The notes under the pieces were generated by a model. It had not been told where the DNA came from. It ran no database searches and saw only the letters and a program-made list of their open reading frames with translations. Positions 1 to 9,559 of a DNA stretch of 64,000 bases are shown in pieces. The stretch's first letter is position 1, and every line of letters starts with the position of its first letter. This DNA comes from Candidatus Latescibacterota bacterium (GTDB taxonomy: Bacteria; Latescibacterota; UBA2968), in contig OZ242320.1 in NCBI GenBank assembly GCA_965208125.1, forward strand, positions 5,600,001-5,664,000, in the 5' to 3' direction. The translations under genes were made by a program, and so were the position numbers.

Positions 1-2
1 TA

Positions 3-1820
3 CACAATCGAAAGATCAGCCGTTTGTTTGCCATCTCGCTGAAATAATACGGGTGCATCGCACAGCCGAATCTCAAATTCCGCGGGCGTTATCCGCGCCA
101 AATCGCTCTCTCGATCCGCAACATTGATCGATGCGGTTTGCGCTTCCCACTGATATACGCCAGGCGCGTGAAATATGCGCATATCGCCAACTACAGAATC
201 CAATCCCTCTGGTCCCAGAACCCGTTCCACCGCATCAGAAGTACTTATGGCATCGCCCACCAGATAATCTGTCTCAATCTCCCGATCACCCGATAAATAG
301 CGCAACGTCTCGTGCAACAAAGGCACAAACCGCGGCGTCCGCGCCAGATTTGACCGATCAAACCCCATTCCACCGCCCCAGACCACAATGCGACCTTCTC
401 CTATCTTACCTTCGACAATAGCGGGCATCAAATCGTCGTATTTTGCCAGCACCGCGACTGAACTATCGGCGTTAATAACGTGGTAATTCTCATAGCGCAC
501 AGATGAAAAATCGTTAAACCGCGCGCCCCTGAAAGGACGAAAAATGGGATGTTCCAAATCGACCCACGCCAGCGCGGCATACCCCGCATCCTCCACTCCA
601 AAAACCCGGATATTCGCATGCGCGAGCAAAGCATTCACAGACTGAATATCGGCATCCCTGCGAAGCGGCAAAAACAGCGCCCCACCTTCTTCAACATAAT
701 CTGCAAACTCGCTTACAGAAGTCACATCTTCGGCAATCACCACCGACCCCATAAGTTCTCCAGACCAGACCAATCGCCAATCCGCGCCCTCGGACACAGC
801 AGCCTTGAGCATAAACCGCGAGGACTCCGACGCGTTCAATACCGCAATGGGATGTTGCGGTTTGGCAAGCCACGCAAAAAAACGGCGATCATCTCGCTGC
901 AACCCATCGCCTCCCGCAAGTGCGACATATCCGTTCATCCCATCCTCCAGAGGCACGGAGAACGCCACCTGCGTCGCATTGCCCTGCAACACCGTCACAT
1001 CGCGCGATTCTACCACTTCTCCACCAACCACCAGTTGCGCGGCAAACGCGCCTTGTCCAGACCAGTTTCGCACCCGAGCGCGAACCCGCAATACATCGTC
1101 CTTTACAGCCCGCACGGCGAGCGCGTCAACCGACGCATTGGACACCTGGGCGGCTCCCACGTCAACCGCTTGAAGCTCAATCGCGCCCGGCAACCGCCAT
1201 CCCATATCGGACAGCGGCATACCACTCGCCTGAAAATCGCTGATCACGTGAACCACGCGCTTCACCTGCATGGTATCAGCCGCAAAAACATGCTCAACCG
1301 CCTGAAGCGCCAAAGCATAATCAGTATGTCCCCACGTCACATCGGCGTCCTCAATAGCGCGTCGCACATCTGCCACATCACCCGAAAGCGGCACATCCAC
1401 CACAGCCTGTTGTGCAAATCGCACAAACCCAACCCGATCCCCCGGTCCCAAAGTCTCCAGCACGGACTTCGCCCCCATCTTCGCGCGCTCCCAAACCTCA
1501 TCATATCCCATACTCAGCGAAACATCCATCGCAATCACATGATCCGTCGTTCCCGAAGACACCGCCTCAGCATTCAACATCATCTCTTGAAAAGGCCGCG
1601 CAAACGCAAGCGCCAGAGCGACCAGCACCGCCATTCGCAACAACATCAACACAATGTGTTGAACGCGCCTGCGCTCAATCACCTCGCGCTTAACATCGGG
1701 CACAAACATCAAACTGCTAAACCGCACGGTTTCGCGCTCGGGGCGGCGAATGCGATGCACAAAATAGGGAATGCCAATCAGCGCAACCCCAAATGCAAAT
1801 AGCGGAACCAGCAACCCCAT
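3..1820 (-). CDS. BatA N-terminal domain / VWA domain protein, 3'-partial (runs off the window start)
   Basis: Not in the ORF track, consistent with no stop inside the window. Manual translation from ATG 1820: MGLLVPLFAFGVALIGIPYFVHRIRRPERETVRFSSLMFV...LLRMAVLVALALAFARP (BatA double-TM signature). ATG overlaps the DUF58 TGA; GGAGG upstream. Confidence 0.85.
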   Translation of the reverse strand, partial: MGLLVPLFAFGVALIGIPYFVHRIRRPERETVRFSSLMFVPDVKREVIERRRVQHIVLMLLRMAVLVALALAFARPFQEMMLNAEAVSSGTTDHVIAMDVSLSMGYDEVWERAKMGAKSVLETLGPGDRVGFVRFAQQAVVDVPLSGDVADVRRAIEDADVTWGHTDYALALQAVEHVFAADTMQVKRVVHVISDFQASGMPLSDMGWRLPGAIELQAVDVGAAQVSNASVDALAVRAVKDDVLRVRARVRNWSGQGAFAAQLVVGGEVVESRDVTVLQGNATQVAFSVPLEDGMNGYVALAGGDGLQRDDRRFFAWLAKPQHPIAVLNASESSRFMLKAAVSEGADWRLVWSGELMGSVVIAEDVTSVSEFADYVEEGGALFLPLRRDADIQSVNALLAHANIRVFGVEDAGYAALAWVDLEHPIFRPFRGARFNDFSSVRYENYHVINADSSVAVLAKYDDLMPAIVEGKIGEGRIVVWGGGMGFDRSNLARTPRFVPLLHETLRYLSGDREIETDYLVGDAISTSDAVERVLGPEGLDSVVGDMRIFHAPGVYQWEAQTASINVADRESDLARITPAEFEIRLCDAPVLFQRDGKQTADLSIV

Positions 1821-2749
1821 CACACCCCTCCGGACCGCCTGCTCGGCGCGATCAGCCCATCGTTGCGCCGATGTAAAAACCGGTGCAACGCCATATCTAA
1901 GGGTTCCGAACACGCGAACTCTTCAATGTCGATTTCCGCCGACAAACACGCTTCTCTTATCGCGTCAAAATGTCGCCTGCGATTTTCCAAATAGGCTTCG
2001 CGCACCTCCTCTGGCACGGCAAATTGCTCGCGACTATCCTCAGCATCCACCAGCGTCACTGACCGATCAAAGGGAAACGTCTGCTCAGCCGGATCGCTCA
2101 CCTGCAACACCAGCACATCGTGACGCTGCGCCCTCAGAGAACGCAAATGCACAATCATCTCATCTGCCGGATGCAACAAATCGCCGATCAACACCACCAT
2201 GCCCCGTGCAGGCAACACATCGCCCATCACCCGCAACGTCCCCGCCGTATCCGTCTCTTCACCCGCGGGCCTCAAATTGTCGATCTCCATCAAAATGCGA
2301 TGGCGTTGCCCGTCTCGACGACGCGCTGGCACATGCGCAATCAACTCCCGATGATAAGCCGCAAAACCCACGGCATCCCCTTGGCCGGAAGCCAGCATCA
2401 CCAGACACGCCGCCAGCATCTGTGCATACCGAAACTTGCTCACATCTCCCGAACCATAGTCCATAGACGCGCTGCAATCCAGCAAAATAGTAGAACGCAA
2501 ATTGCGCTCATCCTGAAACTGCTTCACGTGCAGCCGATCACTCCGACCATACAGCCGCCAATCGACAAAGCGCAAATCATCGCCCCACGCATAGGGACGA
2601 TATTGGGCAAACTCGACCGACGCCCCATGGTGAATACTGCGATGCGCCCCACCTTGCAGTCCCGATATAACCGTACGCGCCAAAAGCTCCAGATCCGCAA
2701 TACGCGCCAACTCGGCCGGATCGAGATATGTGTAAATAGAGTTTTGCAT
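1820..2749 (-). CDS. DUF58 family protein (VWA-like, MoxR-associated)
   Basis: GAHRS..GASVEFAQYRPYAWGDDLRFVDW and LLDCSASM motifs; directly downstream of the MoxR ATPase. Confidence 0.93.
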   Translation of the reverse strand: MQNSIYTYLDPAELARIADLELLARTVISGLQGGAHRSIHHGASVEFAQYRPYAWGDDLRFVDWRLYGRSDRLHVKQFQDERNLRSTILLDCSASMDYGSGDVSKFRYAQMLAACLVMLASGQGDAVGFAAYHRELIAHVPARRRDGQRHRILMEIDNLRPAGEETDTAGTLRVMGDVLPARGMVVLIGDLLHPADEMIVHLRSLRAQRHDVLVLQVSDPAEQTFPFDRSVTLVDAEDSREQFAVPEEVREAYLENRRRHFDAIREACLSAEIDIEEFACSEPLDMALHRFLHRRNDGLIAPSRRSGGV

Positions 2750-2760
2750 TAGTGGTTAGC

Positions 2761-3783
2761 CTACACCAGATCCGCTTCCGGCGGTTGAATCGTCTCCAGC
2801 AGTCGATTGATAACATCCTCGGCATTTACGCGATCGGCTTCGGCTCTAAAATTGGTCAAAATGCGGTGGCGCAGCACATTGGGTGCAACTGCCTGAACAT
2901 CGCCAAAAGAAACGTGATATCGCCCCTTGAGCAGTGCCCGCGCCTTCGCCCCCAGCAACAACCCCTGCACGCCGCGTGTCCCAGCACCCCAACTCACCCA
3001 TGAAGTCACAAAATCCGGTGCCGTATCCCCCGGACGGCTCGCCTGCACCAGTTGCACCGCATAACGCGCCACAGGCTCGGCAACCGGAACCATCCTCACC
3101 AGCCTGGCAAAATCGAGCATATCTGCACCCGAAAACACAGGCTCGACCTCTTCAGCCTCAATCGACGTCGTACGGGTCGCTACGTCTAACTCTTCATCCT
3201 CCGCCAAATAATCAATCCAGATATTCATCATAAAGCGATCCAACTGCGCCTCGGGCAGTGGATAGGTCCCCTCCAGTTCAATGGGATTCTGCGTCGCCAG
3301 AACGAAAAACGGTTGCTCCAGCGCGTGCAAATTACCTCCTATTGTCACCTGCTTCTCCTCCATCGCCTCCAGCAGTGCAGCCTGCGTCTTGGGCGGCGTG
3401 CGGTTAATCTCATCAGCCAGCAAAATATGCGTAAAAATAGGACCCGAAATAAACCGCAACTCGCGATGCCCGCCCACGCGATCCTCATCGATAATCTCTG
3501 TACCCGTTATATCCGAAGGCATCAAATCTGGCGTAAACTGCACGCGCTTAAAATCCAAATCCAGAATTTTCGCAATCGTACGCACCAGCAGCGTCTTTGC
3601 CAAACCCGGCGCCCCCGTCAACAAACAATGACCGCCGCTAAACAACACAATCAGCAGCGACTCGATAACCTCATCCTGCCCGACGATCACCTTGCGAATC
3701 TGCTCCATCATCCGCGCTCGACCATCGCGCAACTTGTCTATCGCCTCAGCTTCAAATGGCGTTTCCTGTACTTGAATTTCCAA
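2761..3783 (-). CDS. moxR: MoxR family AAA+ ATPase
   Basis: Walker A GAPGLAKT, RVQFTPDLMPSDITG, LADEINRTPPKTQAALLEAM, ATQNPIELEGTYPLPEAQLDRF; TTG start. Confidence 0.95.
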   Translation of the reverse strand: MEIQVQETPFEAEAIDKLRDGRARMMEQIRKVIVGQDEVIESLLIVLFSGGHCLLTGAPGLAKTLLVRTIAKILDLDFKRVQFTPDLMPSDITGTEIIDEDRVGGHRELRFISGPIFTHILLADEINRTPPKTQAALLEAMEEKQVTIGGNLHALEQPFFVLATQNPIELEGTYPLPEAQLDRFMMNIWIDYLAEDEELDVATRTTSIEAEEVEPVFSGADMLDFARLVRMVPVAEPVARYAVQLVQASRPGDTAPDFVTSWVSWGAGTRGVQGLLLGAKARALLKGRYHVSFGDVQAVAPNVLRHRILTNFRAEADRVNAEDVINRLLETIQPPEADLV

Positions 3784-3814
3784 AAAGGACCTCAGTGGTT
3801 AGTGATTAGATTTC

Positions 3815-3876
3815 GGGCGACCACGGGCGGTGTACAACTGGTCGTTTCCCAGACCAGTTCACGGATCGCCCCTACA
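3815..3876 (-). repeat. GTAG-type REP-like palindrome containing a nested hairpin
   Basis: GGGCGACCACGGG...GGATCGCCCCTACA matches the reverse complement of the element at 53873; inner AACTGGTC/GACCAGTT inverted repeat. Confidence 0.6.
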
Positions 3877-3922
3877 TTCTATTCCTTCGTGTTCTTCGTG
3901 GATTTCATCTCTCACCGCCTCC

Positions 3923-4774
3923 TCAATGCGTCATCGCATACACCACGATATTAATACCCATCGGATACGCCTTGGGCGCGGAAAAATTGCGAAAATACTC
4001 GTAATTCTCACCCTCGCGCTCCCAGCCATCCCCCAAATCTGTATTGTGCATCACCACAACCATCAACCGTCCATCCCGGTCAAAAATGCCCTTGCAATGC
4101 GCCTCAGAACCGTATTGGTCATAACGCCCTGCCCAGCCCTCATAAGTAATCCCCGTCGATTGCCAGTCCCAGAAACTCCCCAGACCCGGTACCTGTGGCA
4201 CCTCCTTAATATCAAACACAATGTGAAACAACTCGTGATCCAGCGGAATATCCACCAGGGGAAATTCATCGGGTGGCAACACCTGAGAAATCTCGTACTC
4301 CCAATTTCGCCACGCATCATCTCCCCAGAAATCATCCACGAGCAAAAAACCACCGCGCAACAAATAATCGCGCAATCCCTCCTGCTCGGACACACTCAGC
4401 GCCATCCGCCCCACTTCGAGCATATAAATAAAAGGATACTTAAACACCTCGGGATCATCGAGACGCACGATCACATGCTTAAACTGCCCGTCTTCTGTGC
4501 GATTGACGTTGAGCGTTGTAATTTGAGACAGCCGCAGCGAAAAATTCTCATCCGACTCGGGATAATCTACCGCCCAACTACCCCGCCGCCGATACCCCCA
4601 ACCATCCTCACCCGTATAATTCGAATACTCGATACGGCAAAACGTAAACGTATTACCCGGGAAAATATCGCGCTCCATCCGCTCGACAGGGCCTCGCCGT
4701 CTGCGCCCGAACTGTGCATCGACATCCCACTCGGGCATCAACAGCACCAACAAACACGCTATAACAATTCGCAT
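3923..4774 (-). CDS. DUF4159 domain secreted protein
   Basis: Signal peptide; FTFCRIEY, WAVDYP, LRDYLLRGGFLLVDDFWG, HNTDLGDGWE, GINIVVYAMTH. Confidence 0.9.
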   Translation of the reverse strand: MRIVIACLLVLLMPEWDVDAQFGRRRRGPVERMERDIFPGNTFTFCRIEYSNYTGEDGWGYRRRGSWAVDYPESDENFSLRLSQITTLNVNRTEDGQFKHVIVRLDDPEVFKYPFIYMLEVGRMALSVSEQEGLRDYLLRGGFLLVDDFWGDDAWRNWEYEISQVLPPDEFPLVDIPLDHELFHIVFDIKEVPQVPGLGSFWDWQSTGITYEGWAGRYDQYGSEAHCKGIFDRDGRLMVVVMHNTDLGDGWEREGENYEYFRNFSAPKAYPMGINIVVYAMTH

Positions 4775-4818
4775 TGTGAAATCTCCAAATCAGTCCCCAC
4801 TCCCCAACTCCTCACCTT

Positions 4819-7278
4819 TCATCTGTGTTTATCTGCGTTCATCTGCGGATACTTTGCATCCACCAATTCCAACAACAACTGTTGTGCATCCCAAAAATGC
4901 GGCATGGTTTCCAACAGCGCGAGCACCTCGGCTTTTGCGGCTCTGACCTCACCCTTTTTTGCGAGCGCCTCCGCCAGATTGAGCCGATGCGCGGCTCGGC
5001 CCGGTACATCCAGATAAATCAACCGGCGCCAATCGGCAATAGCCGCATCCCAGTCTTCCAGCATCTCGTGAACCTCAGCGCTTCGCGTCAGTATCTCAAC
5101 CTGAAAAGGACGCACCGCCAATGCCCGGTCCAGCACTGCACGCGCAGCCGCCCAGTCTCTATCCTTCACATACAATCCGCTCAACGCCAGACAGGCTTCG
5201 TGCGCCATCGCATCCCATCCAACGAGCTTTTTTAAAGCTTTGCGATACCACTCCGGATCACCGCGCACAGCACCTGCATCCGCCCATAGCCTCAAAGGCG
5301 CATCTTCCGCGGCATAGTCTGGATACAGAGCATGCGCTTTCAGAAAAAACCGCTCTGCATTCGCCCAGTTCTCTGCCTCTACTGCCTCTTTCCCTGCATT
5401 TAATTTCTGGCGAAACTCCGAATTTTTGGATAGCGCCTTGAGAGGTGCGCATCGATTCCCCAGATATTCCATAAACCGCTCATCCAGGAGACGAGCAGAA
5501 ACACCACTGGCCGAAACCAACGCCTCAACAGCCTCCATGCCATCGCCAATGCGGTCGAGTGCCATCACCAGCGCATCGTGGCCGTAGTGATTCACGTAAA
5601 AAGCCACAAACTCGCCCGATACAAAATACCCATACATCAGATGCATTGGCGTTTCTGGATCCGTAAAAAACCGCCCGAGATCGCCTACAGCCGGAAATCC
5701 CTCGCCATCCACAATATGCTTAAAATTCGGACTCAGCCGCTGTCCCCACGACACATCTTTTTGCGTCTCTTCATAGACCGAAATCCCCTCCGACAACCAG
5801 CGCGGCATGCGATTGTGGGTCTTTTGCAGCGTAATCACATGCACAAACTCGTGCCACAACACCTGTTGCCAGTTCATCGTGCCAGGTGGTCGCGCCCGAG
5901 GAGAATCCATTGTAACCAACCGCCCAAAACAAATGCCCAAATGCCCTGCATTGCCCGGCAGCCCAACCGACCGCACCATAAACACATCGTGATCGTCAAA
6001 CACCTGCACCACCACGGGCGTGTGCAACTCAATATTGTATTTTCTCTGATAGTACAAAGCTGCTTCATTGAGCAGTCCCAACAATCCATCGGACATCACC
6101 TCGGCTTCTTGCCTGGGCAATTGCAACTTGAAAACACCCCGCGATATCGTCACAAAACCATCGATCGCATCGGCAGCCTCGAGCAAATTATACGCCCGCA
6201 CGCTATATGGATCAGCCGCAAAAACCCGCTCCAACTCGCGCCGCGCCTCGGCATCTTTGCCCAACCGCAACAAATCATATGCCAACAGCAAACGCGCCTC
6301 AACATCTTTTGCATCAATTTCCAACGCGCGCGCTTGAAAAGCACGCCCTTCTTCAAACCGGTATTGCCGAGACGCAATGCGCCCAGGAATGCGAAAAGCA
6401 CCTGAAAAATACCCATTAAAAGCCAATGCTCGTTCCTGAATTTTTTGCATCGCCACTGAATCGTCCAATAAAAAAAACGCCGCCGCCTTTAACCCCAGCG
6501 CTTTCAGGTGGTTTGGATTAACAGACAGGATAGAATCCAGCACCGCAAGCGCGGCATGTGCCTCATTGCGACCCAACAATTGCTCGGCTTGCAACCGCCG
6601 GACCTCCAGATGATTCGAATTGAGGGCGAAAAGTTGCGCCATCACTTCCAAAACCCGATCATCGCCCGCGTGGTAATAACACCACATCAACCCCGCCAAA
6701 GCCTCTTGATTTTCGGGATCCAACGCAAGTGCTGCACCGTATTTCTCTGCCGCCACATCAAAAGCGCGTTTGTCCAGAGATAGCTTCCCCGCCGCAATAA
6801 GCACAGGCACGCTATTGGGAAATGCCTGAGCCATCAAATTGTAAAATCGCAACAGCGATTTTGGATCTTCGCCCTTTAACTCGCGCAGCCGCGCAGCCGC
6901 GAGAAAATCATCGACATCAGGGCGATATTCCGACAACATACTCACCTGATTCTCGGCCTTCATCAATGCCAGACCATAATCGCCCATCCGACCGCGCATG
7001 CGATACAACTCGGCCAACCGCACGGTCACATCGGGCGAACTTCCAATCCCCTCCAGTTGCGCAATCGCTTCGTCAACGCGCCCTGTCAACACCAGCAACT
7101 CGGCGTAATCCCGCCGCGTTGACCACGGATGATAAGACGCCCGCTCGAGCACATTCACCGCCTCGGCATAATCGCCCCGCGCCCACAACGTGCGATAATC
7201 CGTCTCCTGAGCAGAAACGCTTTCCACAACGAGGCCAAAAAGGATGACACAGATTAAATATGTAATTTGAGAACGCAT
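4819..7278 (-). CDS. Secreted TPR-repeat protein with peptidase MA-like (HExxH) domain
   Basis: Signal peptide, TPR-like helical repeats, LWHEFVHVITLQ...MPRWLSEGISVYEE gluzincin-type motif. Confidence 0.85.
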   Translation of the reverse strand: MRSQITYLICVILFGLVVESVSAQETDYRTLWARGDYAEAVNVLERASYHPWSTRRDYAELLVLTGRVDEAIAQLEGIGSSPDVTVRLAELYRMRGRMGDYGLALMKAENQVSMLSEYRPDVDDFLAAARLRELKGEDPKSLLRFYNLMAQAFPNSVPVLIAAGKLSLDKRAFDVAAEKYGAALALDPENQEALAGLMWCYYHAGDDRVLEVMAQLFALNSNHLEVRRLQAEQLLGRNEAHAALAVLDSILSVNPNHLKALGLKAAAFFLLDDSVAMQKIQERALAFNGYFSGAFRIPGRIASRQYRFEEGRAFQARALEIDAKDVEARLLLAYDLLRLGKDAEARRELERVFAADPYSVRAYNLLEAADAIDGFVTISRGVFKLQLPRQEAEVMSDGLLGLLNEAALYYQRKYNIELHTPVVVQVFDDHDVFMVRSVGLPGNAGHLGICFGRLVTMDSPRARPPGTMNWQQVLWHEFVHVITLQKTHNRMPRWLSEGISVYEETQKDVSWGQRLSPNFKHIVDGEGFPAVGDLGRFFTDPETPMHLMYGYFVSGEFVAFYVNHYGHDALVMALDRIGDGMEAVEALVSASGVSARLLDERFMEYLGNRCAPLKALSKNSEFRQKLNAGKEAVEAENWANAERFFLKAHALYPDYAAEDAPLRLWADAGAVRGDPEWYRKALKKLVGWDAMAHEACLALSGLYVKDRDWAAARAVLDRALAVRPFQVEILTRSAEVHEMLEDWDAAIADWRRLIYLDVPGRAAHRLNLAEALAKKGEVRAAKAEVLALLETMPHFWDAQQLLLELVDAKYPQMNADKHR

Positions 7279-7367
7279 AAGAACACTACACTTTGCATTT
7301 GTAAAATTTACATATAAATTTCGACCTTGATATCATCTGGTTTGTTCCATCTCACTTCTCAATTTCT

Positions 7368-8339
7368 TCACCTATTATACGGAAAATGCCCCCCGCGCAC
7401 ATTGCGCCACACCGCGTCGCAAGCCCTTAACACATCCTCATCCAAATGCCCATCTGCGGCCTGAATATTGTGCGTCAAATGTTCCAACTTGCTCGCACCC
7501 AAAATCATCGAATCGACAATTGACTGAGACATCAACCATTGCAAAGACAATTCAATCATCGTCTTGCCAGCAGAATGTGCAATCTGCTTCAATTCATCAA
7601 GCGCATCAAAATTGCGATCGTGCCAGAACCTGCCGTAATAATCCCGATTCAAATCGAATCGCGTACCTGCTGCGGGTTCGATATCCCGCGTGTGTTTGCC
7701 CGTCAGCATGCCCGCTGCAAGTGGATTATATACAGCCATTCCAATATTCATTTCACGACTAAACGCAACGCACTCCTCATCGATACTCCGCGTAATCAAA
7801 TTATAGGGCACCTGCAACACCACAGGCGGCGCCCAATTGTTTACATCGCATTTCCAAAGTGCTTTCATCACCTGCCATGAAGCGAAATTCGACATCCCCA
7901 CATATATGATCTTCCCCTGTTGTACCAACGTGTCAAACGCCGCCATCGTCTCTTCAAGAGGCGTATTCCAATCGGGCTTGTGCAAATAGAGAATATCCAG
8001 ACAATCGGTCTGCAACCGCTTCAAACACGCTTCCACTCCCCGAATCACATGCCAGCGGTGCAACCCCTGATCCTTAATCTCGTCCTCCCCAACAAAATTG
8101 GCTATCTTGCTCGCCAAAATCACCCGATCGCGTTTGCCCTGGAGTGCCTTGCCCACAATTTCTTCGGACACGCCATTCACATAAGTATCTGCCGTATCGA
8201 TAAAATTCACACCGGCATCCAGAGCCGTATCCACCATGCGAATAGACGTAGCCTCATCGGCCTGATCGCCAAATGTCATAGCACCCAAACATATACGCGA
8301 CACCCGAATCCCCGTCCCTCTCAAAACTCGGTACTCCAT
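7368..8339 (-). CDS. Aldo/keto reductase
   Basis: VSRICLGAMTFG, GVNFIDTADTY..G.SEEIVG, LKRLQTDCLDILYLH, GMSNF. Confidence 0.93.
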   Translation of the reverse strand: MEYRVLRGTGIRVSRICLGAMTFGDQADEATSIRMVDTALDAGVNFIDTADTYVNGVSEEIVGKALQGKRDRVILASKIANFVGEDEIKDQGLHRWHVIRGVEACLKRLQTDCLDILYLHKPDWNTPLEETMAAFDTLVQQGKIIYVGMSNFASWQVMKALWKCDVNNWAPPVVLQVPYNLITRSIDEECVAFSREMNIGMAVYNPLAAGMLTGKHTRDIEPAAGTRFDLNRDYYGRFWHDRNFDALDELKQIAHSAGKTMIELSLQWLMSQSIVDSMILGASKLEHLTHNIQAADGHLDEDVLRACDAVWRNVRGGHFPYNR

Positions 8340-8431
8340 CTCTCCTCCTAACTATTGCCTGTGCAATCTTTTTCCTTATCTTTACCATCGTCGCTATAAC
8401 ATAACACCGTCTCGTAACTTCGCAATATACT

Positions 8432-8605
8432 ATGATCTGGGTCTTCATCTTTATTTTTATTGCATTTTGGGTCTATATGGGCATTGAACTCTACCTGTAT
8501 TTTCGCAAACCCAAAAATACCGACAGCTGGGACGACATGTCCGAATGGGCGTGGCGGCGCACGGTGCGCAAAGCCATTGACGAAATGTTGAAGGAGAAAC
8601 GGTAG
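8432..8605 (+). CDS. Small (57 aa) single-pass membrane protein, hypothetical
   Basis: Below the ORF-track cutoff. MIWVFIFIFIAFWVYMGIELYLYFRKPKNTDSWDDMSEWAWRRTVRKAIDEMLKEKR; stop 12 bp before the ctaA start. Confidence 0.55.
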   Translation: MIWVFIFIFIAFWVYMGIELYLYFRKPKNTDSWDDMSEWAWRRTVRKAIDEMLKEKR

Positions 8606-8617
8606 TCAGCAGATTTT

Positions 8618-9559
8618 ATGAACGCATTCCAAAAAACCGCCATCACCACCCTCGTTGCGATCCTCTTGCTCATCGGCGTTGGCAGTCTCGTCCGCGTTTC
8701 AGGTGCGGGCCTGGGGTGTCCAGACTGGCCCCGATGCTGGGGCTGCTGGTTCCCCCCCTCGAGTATTGACGACATTGACCGGACCTATCTCGCAGAACGC
8801 GGACTAAACATCGAAGACTTCAACCCGATTAAAATGTGGATCGAATACATCAACCGCCTCATCGGCATGATCATCGGCATGCTGGTCATCGCCACCTTTT
8901 TGCGCGCCATCCCATATCGGAAAACACACCCCGCCATCTTCTACGGCTCACTAATTGCCGTCTTCCTCGTCGGCTTTGAAGGCTGGCTCGGCGGACAAGT
9001 CGTACAATCCGGCCTCAAACCCGGCATGATCACCCTGCACATGGCAGGCGCAATGGTACTCTTATGCCTCTTGCTCTACGTCACATTTCGCGCCGTTGAC
9101 ATCCGCATTCCCACCACATTACCCTCCCCCAAACTACTCGCCCACCTCTCGGCCCTGCTCTTCATCATCGTATGTCTTCAAATGCTACTCGGCACACAGG
9201 TGCGCGAAGCCATCGATCCCTACATCAAAAACAGCGAGGGTATCGCTCGCAGTGCATGGATCGCCAATATTGGCCTCATGGATCACATCCACCGCTCCTT
9301 TACCTGGGTGGTAATTGCCGTTGCCGCTTATCTCGTCTATATCATACGCAAAAATGCAATAGGAGGCTTGCTCAAAGTGAGCAGCTACCTCGCATTCGCA
9401 CTCATTCTGTTTCAAGCAGCCAATGGCATAGCTCTGGCGTATGGCGGCCTACCCCGCGTATTTCAAGTACTCCATCTCGTGACCGCGGCCCTGCTAATCT
9501 GCGCGGTCTATACCCTGTGGCTCACACTCAGAACCATCAACACAAGGAGGTCTTCATGA
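8618..9559 (+). CDS. ctaA: Heme A synthase (COX15/CtaA family)
   Basis: VRVSGAGLGCPDWPRC, WIEYINR, ITLH, HIHR, LHL motifs; multiple TM helices. Confidence 0.9.
   Translation: MNAFQKTAITTLVAILLLIGVGSLVRVSGAGLGCPDWPRCWGCWFPPSSIDDIDRTYLAERGLNIEDFNPIKMWIEYINRLIGMIIGMLVIATFLRAIPYRKTHPAIFYGSLIAVFLVGFEGWLGGQVVQSGLKPGMITLHMAGAMVLLCLLLYVTFRAVDIRIPTTLPSPKLLAHLSALLFIIVCLQMLLGTQVREAIDPYIKNSEGIARSAWIANIGLMDHIHRSFTWVVIAVAAYLVYIIRKNAIGGLLKVSSYLAFALILFQAANGIALAYGGLPRVFQVLHLVTAALLICAVYTLWLTLRTINTRRSS

Noticed and set aside
549-1802. 417-aa plus-strand ORF, and similar long antisense ORFs (3830-5017, 5578-6405, 21389-22453, 27120-28007, 41893-42609)
   Set aside because: They lie opposite well-supported genes, have no recognisable motifs, and are typical antisense shadows.
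9172-9555. N-terminal extension of the 447-aa ORF; likewise the extensions at 15088, 17889, 25430, 26259, 53889, 56024, 57752, 59387 and 60927
   Set aside because: They overlap upstream genes, repeats or promoters; downstream ATGs with an RBS or family-typical N-termini are better starts.
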